Assembly: GCA_025558095.1 (NCBI GenBank)
Contig: JAIVFI010000007.1
Span: 186,001 to 250,000 of the forward strand
DNA length: 64,000 nt
DNA from: Hyaloraphidium curvatum SAG 235-1
Lineage: Eukaryota; Fungi; Monoblepharomycota
Direction: 5' to 3'
The notes below the pieces were generated by a model, which worked only from the letters and a program-made list of their open reading frames with translations, searched no databases and had not been told where the DNA came from. Positions 50,401-61,016 of this stretch are shown here, piece after piece (the stretch's first letter is position 1; each line of letters begins with the position of its first letter). A program made the translations under genes and the position numbers.

Positions 50401-50504
50401 CCGGCCGTTGTGAAGCTGAGCGTCGAGCCCTCGATGTTTGCGGCAGTCCCGACCCGTGTCCCGGCCATCGAAGACGATGAAGCAAAGCCTGCGGACGAAG
50501 GCAT
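47442..50504 (-). CDS. EF-hand + WD40 repeat protein (WDR49/WDY/EFCAB8-like, ciliary family)
   Basis: LFMKIDTDTNGTLDWDEFSAFIL EF-hand; TGGQDRTLRIWNP, ISLSWDKDIKVFD, SHDFPICAALYNS, TGAS|DGTFKVWN. Confidence 0.8.
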
Positions 50505-50657
50505 TTTGAGAGAATTGCATGCGCCTGGTCCTTGGTTTGAGTTGCTGTTTTCGATCGCCTTGGGTTCTCCGCCGCAGCTTCCCCACAACCCAGGCAGGGC
50601 GCATCGCGGACGGCAGCCGTCTCTACTCGCCTTTCACGTCGCTCTTAGCTCGCGGCG

Positions 50658-52072
50658 ATGCTCTCCGCGGCAGTGCGGCACCCGCCGCTCGGGGCGCTGG
50701 CCCGGGCGTTCCACGCGTCCGCGCCGCGCCTGCAGGCCGCCCCGGCGCTGGCGGAGCTGTCCTCCAAGGGCCTTTCCGTGACGTCGGCACCCGTCGGCAA
50801 GCCGCTGGTGCCGCTTAAGGACCTGGTCTTCGGCAAGACGTTCACCGACCACATGCTGTCGGTCGAATGGACTGCCGAGAAGGGCTGGTTGCCGGCCCGG
50901 ATCCACCCCTACGAGAAGCTGCACTTTGATCCTTCCGCGATTGTATTGCACTACGGCTTGGCGTGTTTCGAGGGGATGAAGGCCTACAAGGACAAGGCCG
51001 GCAACATTCGGCTGTTCCGGCCGCAGATGAACATGCAGCGGCTCTGGAAGAGCGCGCACCGGCTCGCGCTGCCGACGTTCGACCAGAAGGCGTTGTTGGA
51101 GCTGTTGGAGGACCTTCTGAAGGTGGACGAGAAGTGGATCCCGAACGAGCGGGGGTATTCAGTGTACATTCGCCCGACCATCATCGGAACCCAGGTGGGT
51201 TTGCGGATCCCATCGGCTGCTTTGATGCCACCACCGACCCTAACTTTTTGCAGGAATCGCTGGGCGTCGGTGCCTCCAATCGGGCGCTGCTCTTTGTGAT
51301 CTTGTCTCCCGTGGGCCCGTACTACAAGTCGGGCTTCGCCGCCGTCAGCCTGAAGGCCACTAACGAGTACACTCGGGCATGGCCCGGCGGTACCGGAGAT
51401 GCAAAGATTGGTGCCAACTACGCCCCCGGAATCAGGTTCGAGACGCCGGGCCGATCCGTCTGCTCTGATCCTGACTCCGACCAGACCCCAGATTGAGGCG
51501 GGCAAGGAAGGCTATTCGCAAAATCTGTGGCTGTTTGGGAAGGAGGACTTTATCACCGAAGCGTTGGTACCTTACAATTCTCGTCGGACGAGCCGCTGAC
51601 GTTCGCCGCAGCGGAACCATGAACTTTTTTGCCCTCCTCACCAACGAGAAGGGCGAAAAGGAGCTCGTTACCCCGCCGTTGGACGGCACGATCCTGCCTG
51701 GCGTCACTCGGGATTCCATGCTCACCCTCGCGCGGGACTGGAAGGAGTTCAAGGTCAGCGAGCGGCCGATCACCATGGCCGAGCTTTCGAAGGCCGCGGA
51801 TGAGGGCCGGCTCCACGAGGCGTTCGGCGCAGGTGCGTTGATGCCTTGGGGCACTGCGGCCTCCATTCTGATTCGCGAAATCTCCAGGCACTGCCGCCAT
51901 CGTCGCTCCGATCAAGGCCATCAAGTACAAAGGCCGAGACATCCCCGTTCCCCTGGACCCTTCGAATCCGGCCTCGCAGGCCGGGCCGCTCGCGCTTCGC
52001 TTCGCGGACACCATCATGGCGGTGCAGTATGGGGAGAAGGAGTACCGGGATTGGAGCGTGGTCGTGAAATAA
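50658..52072 (+). CDS. BAT1: Branched-chain amino acid aminotransferase, mitochondrial
   Basis: [44 protein letters not shown] (PLP Lys), E|[14 protein letters not shown]; Arg/Ala-rich presequence. Confidence 0.95.
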
Positions 52073-52118
52073 TAGCGCGCGTGTAACCGGATTGAGGCTG
52101 GTTGTGTGCGATGACGAT

Positions 52119-53986
52119 CTATTTCGCCCCCGGGTCCAGTTCAGGCAATGTGTGTCCCGGGTTGAAGAGGTTGTCGGGGTCCAGCGCGTTCTTGATTGCC
52201 CACATGGCTTCGAGCGCCTCGCGGCCGAGCTCGAGCTCCAAGAACCGCATCTTGCTCTTGCCAACACCTGCCAAGAACGTCAGGCATCAATAAGCAACCC
52301 CGATAGCGATACTCACCGTGCTCTCCCGTGCACGTTCCGCCCAATAGGATTGCCCTTTCCGAGAGGATGTCCTGGAACTTCTTGGCCGCCTCTAGCTCCT
52401 TCGGATCGTCCTTCTTCACCGACAGCGCGCAATGGAAGTTGCCGTCGCCCGCATGGGCCACGATCGGCGCCGCCAGACCCATTTCCTCCCTGAGCTTTTG
52501 TGCCTCCCTCATCGCTGCAGGCAGGGCCGAGATCGGCACGCACGAGTCGGTCGAGATGAGCGCGAGCTGCGCCGGGTCGCAGTTGTCCGTCCGAACGGTG
52601 AAGTTGTAGTAGATGGCCGAGCGCCGGATGTTCCATATGTCGGCGTAGTCCGAGTCGCCCGTGGATTCGCGCCAGTGCGCCAGGCGGTGCCGCTTGGCGA
52701 GCTCCGCGACCTCGGACTTTTGCTGCGCGATCGACTCCTTCGTGCCGGCAAAGTCGATCAGCAGCGTTGCCCTTTCGGGGAGCTTGATCGGGGCGCCGGG
52801 GAAGTTGTTGGCTGCCCGCACAGCCAGCTCGTCCATGAGCTCCAAGCGATTCAGAGCGAGCCCGGACGACACGATGGCGTGAACCAGCTTGCCAGCGTCC
52901 TCGATCGAGTCAAAGCACGCGACCGCCACCTCGTGCCGCTCGGGGATTCTGCGGAGCTTGACAGTCACCTCGGTGATAATGCCCAGGGTCCCCTCGGAGC
53001 CGATGAAGAGGCGCGTTAGGTCGTACCTGAAAACGATATCAGCGTTTTGCGCGAAACGGGAGCTAGCCACTAACCCTGCGGAAGATTTTGGTGGCCGGCG
53101 CCTCGTCGTGATGACTTTGCCGTCGGAGAGAACGACGCGAAGACCAAGAACGTTCTCCTTCATTGTACCTGCCCCACAAAGAGTTTCAGATTTCCGAAAA
53201 GTGCGTAAAAGCAGCCTTTTGCGTACCATATCGCCATGCCCGAGTGCCGGAGCAGCTCGTCCCGCACATCCCGCCCAGCGAGGCGCCCGGGCCGGGGTCG
53301 GGCGCGAAAAACAGGCCGTGGTCCTTCAGCTCGGCATTCAGATCCAGCCAGCTCTTGCCGGCTTGGACGACCGCGTCCATATCCTCGGCGTGGAGGGCAA
53401 CGATCGCATCCATGCCGCGAAGATCGATGACGATCCCACCGCGGTCCGTCGGGGTCAGCTGCCCCTCGATGGAGGTGCCCGCACCCCAGGGAATGATGGG
53501 CACCCTGTGCAGCCGGCAGATTTTGACAGCATCCACGACGTCCTGCTCCGTCTCGGCAAACACCACGGCCTGCGGTGTCCCGCCGACGTAGTAGCTCATG
53601 CTGTCGCGGTTCCGCGAAGTCCGCAGGGCCAAATCATCGCTGAATTTCTCGCCGAAGCGGGCGCGAAGATCGCGGACGCAGGCTTCGGCTGCAGGATCGG
53701 AGCGCTTCGCGGAGACCGACGTGCTGGGTGCCTCGGCGGCAACCTCGGTCCGAGATAGGGCGAACGCCGCACCGGCCCCGACGGCAAGAGATGCAATTCG
53801 AAGATGCCATGGGGCTAGCTGGAACGCACGATTGCCCGCCGTGCCGTGAAATGTCCGCGATCGGCATCCAGCCCGTGGGAGACGGCACGGAAGCACGTTT
53901 CTGGAGGCCTCAGCGGCACCGCCGAGCGTCCAAGCAACGTCCCGGGCAAAGAATCCGCGCCGAGCCACGCGACCGAGAGCAGCCAT
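52119..53986 (-). CDS. DLD1: D-lactate dehydrogenase (cytochrome)-like FAD-linked oxidase, mitochondrial
   Basis: GAGTSIEG, DPGPGASLGGMCGTSCSGT, KSSAG|YDLTRLFIGSEGTLG, HAGDGNFH, GTCTGEHG, LDP..LFNPG. Confidence 0.92.
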
Positions 53987-54300
53987 CGCCGCTGGAGGCA
54001 AGGAGGCCGCACTCGTGTAGGTCTTTAGGGTTTTTCGTATCGCCGGCATCTTCGGTCCGCCCGGGCCGGCCTCTCGTCACGGCACCACTCGCACCGCGTG
54101 ACCGTCCCCATCTCCGGGGCGCCATCCAGCCGCGCGAGGCTCGGCAGCGCCGCGGCCTGTTGGACCGCCCGCGCCGCCGCCGTTGCGCCGGCGTCCCCTT
54201 CGCCGCCAGCCGGCGTATCTCTCGGGTGCCGCACGCTCGGAGCGCCCACAACCCGGGTCGGCCGCATTTCGGAGTTTGCTAGGCGCCGCTGCTCCCCACA

Positions 54301-55712
54301 ATGAGCAAGCTCACGCCGTTCGGTCGGTTGCCGTTGGACGCTTCCCCGCCTGCCGTCAACCGGGCTGACTGGTTCATCCCGCCCCGTAGGCAACGCTGTC
54401 GCCGGCGCATTGGGTGCTGCTACTGCAAACACCATTATCTACCCGTTGGACGTGTGAGTGCCCTTTTCAGTCCCGAGTTCCTTGGACGGCGATTGATCCC
54501 CTCCGCCACCTCACCCCCTCCGCTGCCGCCACACTCGCCTTGCTCGTGTGATGGACTCATTATCTTCCATTGCTGGTGTCGCTCGTTTGTTCCTCGCAAC
54601 CGGCGTTGGATTGCTTCTCCGTACGGATGCCATTGGTGCCGCAAACCTGCACGGATCCCCGAACGGTCGCCAGTGTTAAGACCCGTCTGTCGGTGCAGAC
54701 GAAGCATGCCCAGTACCACGGGCACGTGCATTACGCAGGCACCTTCGATGCCTTTGCCAAAATCTTTGAGCAGGAGGGTGTCGCGGGGCTGTACGCGGGC
54801 ATCGCCTCTACTCTGGGCAACACAGTGGCGCAGAACTTCGCCTACTTCTACTGGTACGGCTTCATCCGGGGCTGGTGGCAGAAGCGGAACCCGGGCAACA
54901 TCTCGACGGTGATGGAGCTGCTGCTGGGGGCCCTCGCGGGGGCCTTCTCGCAGATGTTCACGCTGCCGCTGGCCGTGATCTCGACGCGGCAGCAGACGGC
55001 GTCGAAGAGGGACAAGAAGAGCGTGCTCGGAACTTTCTGGGAAATTGTTAACGACGAGGGCTGGCCCGCTTTGTGGAAGGGTGAGGGATGCTCGCAGGTG
55101 CCGCGGTCGCCGGTCGCTGACCATCTCTGCGCAATCTTCAGGCCTCAAGGCCTCCTTGGTGCTCTGCTCCAACCCTGCCATCACGTACGGAATGTTTGAG
55201 AGGATGAAATCGCTGCTTCTGGAAGCGCGGCCGCGGAAAGGCAACAGCCTGTCGCCGCTGGAATCGTTCATGCTGGGCGCTCTCTCCAAAACGATGGCAA
55301 CCGTCGTCACGTGCGTTTCTCTTTGCTGCTTGGTTGCCTTGCGTTTGACCGATGGCGCGAAACAGTTACCCCTACATCATGGCCAAGGTCAAGCTCCAGT
55401 GGAAGCCCCCGAAGGAGCTCGCCAACGACCCGATGTACCAGTACAAGGGCGCGCTCGACGTGCTCGCCAAGGTCTACAAGCAGGACGGCATCAGTGGCTG
55501 GTACAGGGTGCGTTTGGCTTGTAGCTGCGTTGCCGAGGTTCCTCCGTTGACGGTCCCTTTACCTCCAGGGCATGGACAAGCAGATCACCAAGGGCGTCCT
55601 CTCGCAGGCCATCCTGTTCACCACCAAGGACCAGTACACCTTCGCCGTGATCGCGCTCTACGCCCTCGCGCAACGCGTCTTCCAAAAGCCCGTTGCGGCG
55701 AAGCAGGCCTGA
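54301..55712 (+). CDS. ANT1: Peroxisomal adenine nucleotide carrier (ANT1/PMP34-like, SLC25 family), multi-intron
   Basis: YPLD.VKTRL, QNFAYFYWY, TLPLAVISTRQQT, LVLCSNPAITYG, YPYIMAKVKLQ, QITKGVLSQA. Confidence 0.88.
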
Positions 55713-55881
55713 TGAGCACGATACCTCCCCAACTCCCCCTCGCCGAGAAATCTGGGTCTTAGAGCTTTGATAATAACGTGTACAGGCGGATGAATGAGAG
55801 CTGATCCACTTGTCATTCGGACACTTCGCCTCGATCGGTCCTCCTACAACTACTGTCTCTCGTCCGACGCGTCTTGCGACT

Positions 55882-56814
55882 ATGTCACGAATAATGTCGC
55901 CGTCGATGTTCCGGCCCATCTCCTTCTCCATGCCTGGCATGGCGCCGGCCCCGAAACCTTCTCCACGCCGCGTTCTGTTCCCCCCCGCTTGCGGCGTCGG
56001 CTCCTCCGTCCCGCCGTGTCGCTCGCTCCACGCGACGCGCCAAGCCCTCTCCTCCTCCTCTTCCACGAACAATGGTGCCCCCGATGTTGACTTGGAGCAG
56101 GTGGACGGGTCGGTCTCGTCGCGCTTGCCCCCGAAACCTTCCGTCACGGAGATCCTGGACGAATCGGAGATCGTCGGGACCGAGGTGGACGACATGATGA
56201 CGTCGTTCAAGGGCGCGAGCCAGGTGCCGTTCCCGAAACGCGCGGCGGACGTGCTTTTGGCGCCCATAAACGAGGACGACGTGGAGATGCTGCCAGGTGG
56301 TCTTGCTCGTGCGGAATGGGGACCTGGGAGGGGCGTTGATTCGTTTCGTGCCAGATGGCACTCCATACCTGCCCGAGATTAAGTTCCGGCGGATCTTGCT
56401 CAAGGCCTTCGGGCCCGGAGGTTGGGGCCTCGTACCGAGAGGGAAGCACACCCTGGTCGGCAAGAACCTGAGCCGGGAGTACGCGCTCTTCGTCCAAGGG
56501 CGATTCGTCAGCCAAGCGAGGGGCGAAACGGTTCGTTCGCTTGTTGGAAGCACCTCGATTGGCCAAGATCGGCTGATCTTGCACCTTTGCTCGGCAGGAC
56601 ATGCAATCTAACAGCATGACCCTGGCGACGGCTGCGGAGAGCGTACGATCGGACGCGCTGAAGCGCTGTTGCAAGGACATTGGGATCGCTTCCGAGTACG
56701 GTTTGCGATTTCATTTTGATTGGAGTTCATGCTTACCTTTCCTTTGTCAGGCTGTGGGATCCTGTCTGGACGCGGAAGTGGAAGGCCAAACGGGCGACCT
56801 TGAGCAGACGATAG
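55882..56814 (+). CDS. MGM101: Mitochondrial genome maintenance protein Mgm101 (Rad52-type); 3' end approximate
   Basis: LLAPI..DDVEMLP|DGTPYLPEIKFRRIL.KAFGPGGWGLVPRG, REYAL, ARGE, ALKRCCKDIGIASE|LWDP. Confidence 0.92.
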
Positions 56815-56951
56815 AGAGACTCATGCATGCCCAAAAGCTTTGTGTCGTATGTGATGACGGCGCAATCGGCCGCGCGGCCTGCCGCGGTGATGAATGGGTG
56901 CGTCGATCAGGCTCGGGGGGGTCGCGAATAAAAACAAACATTGACGCCACC

Positions 56952-58040
56952 ATGCAATCGAGCCTGGTCCGGGCAGCGATGCCCCGTTTCCCCGTGCTGT
57001 CGCGCTTAAGAAGCTCCTTGCCGCGATGCTCCGTGCCTGCGGCAGCTCGTGCGCTCTCCGCGACCCCCCGGGCGCTCCAAAAGGCGGACATGAAGCTCCT
57101 CGCGCAGCTGCGCAAAGACACCCAGATTTCGATGTCGAAGGCAAAAGAGGCGCTGCTGGCGACCAACAACGACTATGCCGCCGCTCTGGCTTGGCTGGAA
57201 AAGGACGCGGCCGTGTCTGGTGCCGCCAAGGCCTCCAAGCTCGCGGGGCGCGACGCCAACGACGGCCTGGTCGGGATCGTCATAGGATCCGCTGGATTAG
57301 GCGGCGCCATCGTGGAGATGAACACCGAAACGGACTTTGTGGCGAGGAATCCCATATTTTCCAGCCTTGTGACGCAGGTCGGCGCGACGACGCTGTTCCT
57401 GCACTCCGTCGGGGGCACGACCGCGGGTGATCGGGTGCTGCAAGAGGTCAATGCCGAGGAAGTGCTGGCCTCGCCCTTGATGCCGCATCCGACCGCGGAA
57501 ATGGACGGGGATGCGGCGCCGGAAACGATCAAGACGGTCTCAGAGAGAATCGCCGAGGTCGTTGGCAAGGTCGGCGAGAACATCAAGCTCAGGAGGGTGG
57601 CTGTGGCGGGCGGCAGGGTGGAAGGCGATGTTCTGCAGCTCACGGGCGGCTATGTTCACTCGACCAGTTCGGACGGGGCTCCTCTGCAGGGCCGGATTGG
57701 GGCCCTCGTCGTCGTTGACGCCAAGGGCAAGGCCGCGGTCGTCCACCGAAAGAAGGTGGCCCAGCTCGCCAAGAATCTGGCGCAGCACATTGTCGGGTTT
57801 GCTCCCAAGTACGCCGTCGAGGACGACGTGGACCGCACTGCGATCCCGGACGAGGTCCAGCAGCATGTCGGGGAGGATCCCGCGGCCATGGATCGCTATC
57901 TGGACGAGGTTGTACTCGCGCGGCAACCGTTTTTCCTCGGCGGCGGCACTGTTGCCGAGATCCTGGCGCGGACGTCCGAGGAGCTTGGGGTCCGCGTCGG
58001 CGTGAACGGTTTCGTGCGGTGGGGTGTAGCGGAGGAGTAA
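56952..58040 (+). CDS. TSF1: Mitochondrial translation elongation factor Ts, intronless
   Basis: LLAQLRKDT...MSKAKEAL, GRDANDGLV, VEMNTETDFVARN, KVGENIKLRR, LAQHIVG. Confidence 0.93.
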   Translation: MQSSLVRAAMPRFPVLSRLRSSLPRCSVPAAARALSATPRALQKADMKLLAQLRKDTQISMSKAKEALLATNNDYAAALAWLEKDAAVSGAAKASKLAGRDANDGLVGIVIGSAGLGGAIVEMNTETDFVARNPIFSSLVTQVGATTLFLHSVGGTTAGDRVLQEVNAEEVLASPLMPHPTAEMDGDAAPETIKTVSERIAEVVGKVGENIKLRRVAVAGGRVEGDVLQLTGGYVHSTSSDGAPLQGRIGALVVVDAKGKAAVVHRKKVAQLAKNLAQHIVGFAPKYAVEDDVDRTAIPDEVQQHVGEDPAAMDRYLDEVVLARQPFFLGGGTVAEILARTSEELGVRVGVNGFVRWGVAEE

Positions 58041-58212
58041 TCCTCGGCGGGATCGGCTTACGGCGGCGAGTACAAACTGCAGAAGGGCTCTAAACTTCTG
58101 CAGTGTGGACTAGCCGAGAGCAACGCTGGCGCTGCACTATCTCGAATCTGGGAGATCAATTGACAGGTCGATGCTGGTACATCCTCACTTCTGCTGTCCT
58201 TTGCCTTCGTAG

Positions 58213-60049
58213 TCATCCACAAGAGATAGCTGCTGCGAAGCCGGCGCCCCAGGTCGGGTCTGCCAAGTCAGTGCGATCGAGCGTCCGCGATTCCCTGGCG
58301 AAGAACTCCACATCCTGGCGCAGAAGACGCCGGCGGATGTACATCGAGACGTGGATGGGAAGATACGTCGAGTTCCCCAGGCTTGACGTGATGCCGGTGT
58401 CAGAATCAAGGAGATGGCCAAGCTTGCCCATGGGCTCCCAGCCCCATAGGCCCAGATCTCTGACCAGCGAAGCGAACCCACTCTGCACAGCAGGGATGTG
58501 GTTGGGAAGATACGTCGAGTTCCCCAGGCTTGACGTGATGCCGGTGTCAGAATCAAGGAGATGGCCAAGCTTGCCCATGGGCTCCCAGCCCCATAGGCCC
58601 AGATCTCTGACCAGCGAAGCGAACCCACTCTGCACAGCAGGGATGTGGTTTCCTTGCGTATGTGCACTCGAACTTTGACGTCGGTCTTCGTCAGGTCTCC
58701 GCTTGTAGATAGCCCGATGAGCACGCCGAGATTTCGGTTATTAAAATCGAACCTCGCCTTCAGGACGAAGGCGTCCTGGTCAATGGAAAATGGAACATCC
58801 CTTCGGATGAGGCCGGAAGAGTTGGTCGGTACAGGAACATGAACGATCGTTGTCCAGGGGGGCAAAGTGCTCTTGAGCGCGGAGACTTCGTTCTGCGACT
58901 GCGTCGCCATCCAGACATGACCACCGAGGAGGAAGACCGCGAGCAGCAGGACCACGATGCACGCCAGGGCAGCGGTGGCGGCCGTCTCGAAGGACAGTTT
59001 GCTGACGACGACCATAACTGTCTGCCAGATGCGGGTGACGGTCGAGGCCTGCAAGGCAGCCAGAGCCGCCTGACCCTTTGCGAGCTCTTCGTCCTTGGCC
59101 TTGATCGCCGCTTGTAGCTCCCCTATCTTCTGGTCGAAAGAAGCCTTCGGCACCGTCGAGGCTCGGAGGGCCGCGAGCTCGGCCTGCAGGCTCGAGACCA
59201 CGAGAGACTGGCTTCGTTGGCCGCGTCGGTATCCTGCTGCAGCTTGGCGTACGCGGCTTCCGCCTGCTTCAGGTGCTCCTGCGCCGCATCACGCTCGTGC
59301 GTCTCGAGGGTGTCGAAAGCGCCCTGAACAAAGAGGAGTCAGGGCCGGCAAAGACGGGAACGGTGCCAAACGAACCTGGTAGCCGCAGTTGGGGAAGTGG
59401 GGACATTTGACGATCCGACGCGGGCACGCAGCCAGGTGGCCAGTCAGCTGCTCGCGGAGCACGGTCTCCGAGCAGCCTTGGTTCGTGCACGGGACCGGCG
59501 CCTTGGGGCAGGACTCTTGGTGCTGCGTCATGTTGCCTCGTCGAATGTCCAGGCCGCAGCCAGCGAAGGCGCATTTGACTGGAAAGCTGGAGCACGTACC
59601 GTAGTGGGCCTAGAGGGGGCAACGAATGAGGCTGACGCAAGCTGGAGCGATGCCTCGGCGCCATACCAGAAGAGAGTCGGGAGGCGACACCGTGCTGCCG
59701 CAGAACGAGCAGTGCCGCGGGCACATCCTCAGGTGGGCGTCGATGTCACACATCTGCACCGACGCTCCGCACCCATCCGGGCAGGCAACCGCGGCATTGT
59801 TGTATAGAAGCTTGAGGGTTTCCTGCGGGCTCGCGAGAAGTGGGACTAAGAACGCCCACGGCTTGCGGCAGTTCGGGCAGGTCTTTCCACTGGGTCCGTT
59901 CTCGCTCAAGGCATGCCTTACAAAAGACGTGGCCGCAGGCCTGGCGATAGCCCTCCTGGTCGTGGCACAAAAAGCACGGGAGTCGCAGACGGCAAAACCG
60001 GTCCGAGACAGACGGTACACGTGAGCCAGGCCGGGTCCGCCATGGCCAT
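58213..60049 (-). pseudogene. TRAF-like gene: RING - TRAF zinc fingers - coiled coil - TM - MATH-like domain; four 1-nt frameshifts (pseudogene or sequence error)
   Basis: CTVC..ACGHVFCKAC..CPNCR RING; CPDGC..H..MC, C..C..H..TC, CAFAGC..H..SC, CTNQGC..H..AC, CPHFPNC..HE..HL fingers; introns 59666-59610 and about 59375-59324; ALACIVVLLLAVFLL TM; WGW...LLD..TG...L.IHV MATH-like tail. Confidence 0.75.
58356..58650. repeat. Exact 147-bp tandem duplication (2 copies: 58356-58502, 58503-58649)
   Basis: Identical sequence tgggaagatacgtcg...gcagggatgtggt repeated; gives 49-aa repeats in all open frames. Confidence 0.95.
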
Positions 60050-61016
60050 GTTTGGAGCCCTCGCTCCACTTCGCGATGTGCCGCAGCCGCCTGTCGGGAC
60101 CAGGGAAGCGATGCGCAAGTCCGGGGAAAAGCGTTGCCGCGGCGTGACGGGCTGCACCGGTCCGGGACGGTGCTCGGCGTGCTCATGATTCGGGAGCGAG
60201 CTGGAGGCAGGATGGGCCGGCCGGCGACCCGTCCAAACCCGTCCCCCATCTTCCCCATCGGACCTCGGACCGCGCGGTCCCGCAGAAAAGAATATCGTTA
60301 CCTTCTATTCAACTCCTCGCGTTGTACGAAGATGCGCTGGCGGTCGAACGCAGCCGGGCGCGTGTGGCCCAAACGGCGGTCGCGCGGTCCACGACGGCGT
60401 TGGACGCGCCGGGGGCAGCTCGCGACCAGAGTTCTCCATATCGTGCGGCAGCTGCCGAGAAGGCTTCGTCGATCTACTCGGCTCCGCAGGAAACTGGAGC
60501 GCAGATCAAGGTCAACATCGCGAGCGTCGATTGGTGCTCACCTCGACCACCTTCGAATCTTCGAGAGGGAAAGTCTCGGTCCGCCCGACCAATCCATAGT
60601 CTGCAACTCTGCAGCTTCGAACCAATTGGAATCCGAGATCGGACGACTGTTGTAACCTGACACCAAGCTCCGGCCGTGCTGGCGTTGATGACCTCTAAAC
60701 ATGAACAGGCCCCGGCCGCTGCGACGAGAACGTAAGCCGAAGACATTCTATATCAGAGGAAGCGTAGTATACGATCAAAGCGAAACCCTTTGCCTTTTGC
60801 GGGTCCTGAACGAAGCAGAGTATCGAGCAACGCAGATGAGGACGATGGGGACGGTCGCGTGGCAGAGAATCCCAAACACACCGGCGGAACTAAGTGCAAT
60901 CTTCCAGCTCTCTCGATCTTTTCGTCTTACGAATGCACTGCAATATCCGTCCTGTCCTCGGGGCGGGGTGATGATGCGCGCTGCGGCGGCGCGCCAAATC
61001 CCCCAACACTGGAGTG

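Noticed and set aside
58356-58650. 147-bp repeat as CRISPR, LTR or transposon end
   Set aside because: Two adjacent copies with no spacer, target-site duplication or transposase; it is a simple tandem duplication.
60300-60950. Small ORFs between the TRAF-like gene and the Pro-rich gene
   Set aside because: No ATG-supported, biased frame or motif; likely promoter or UTR.
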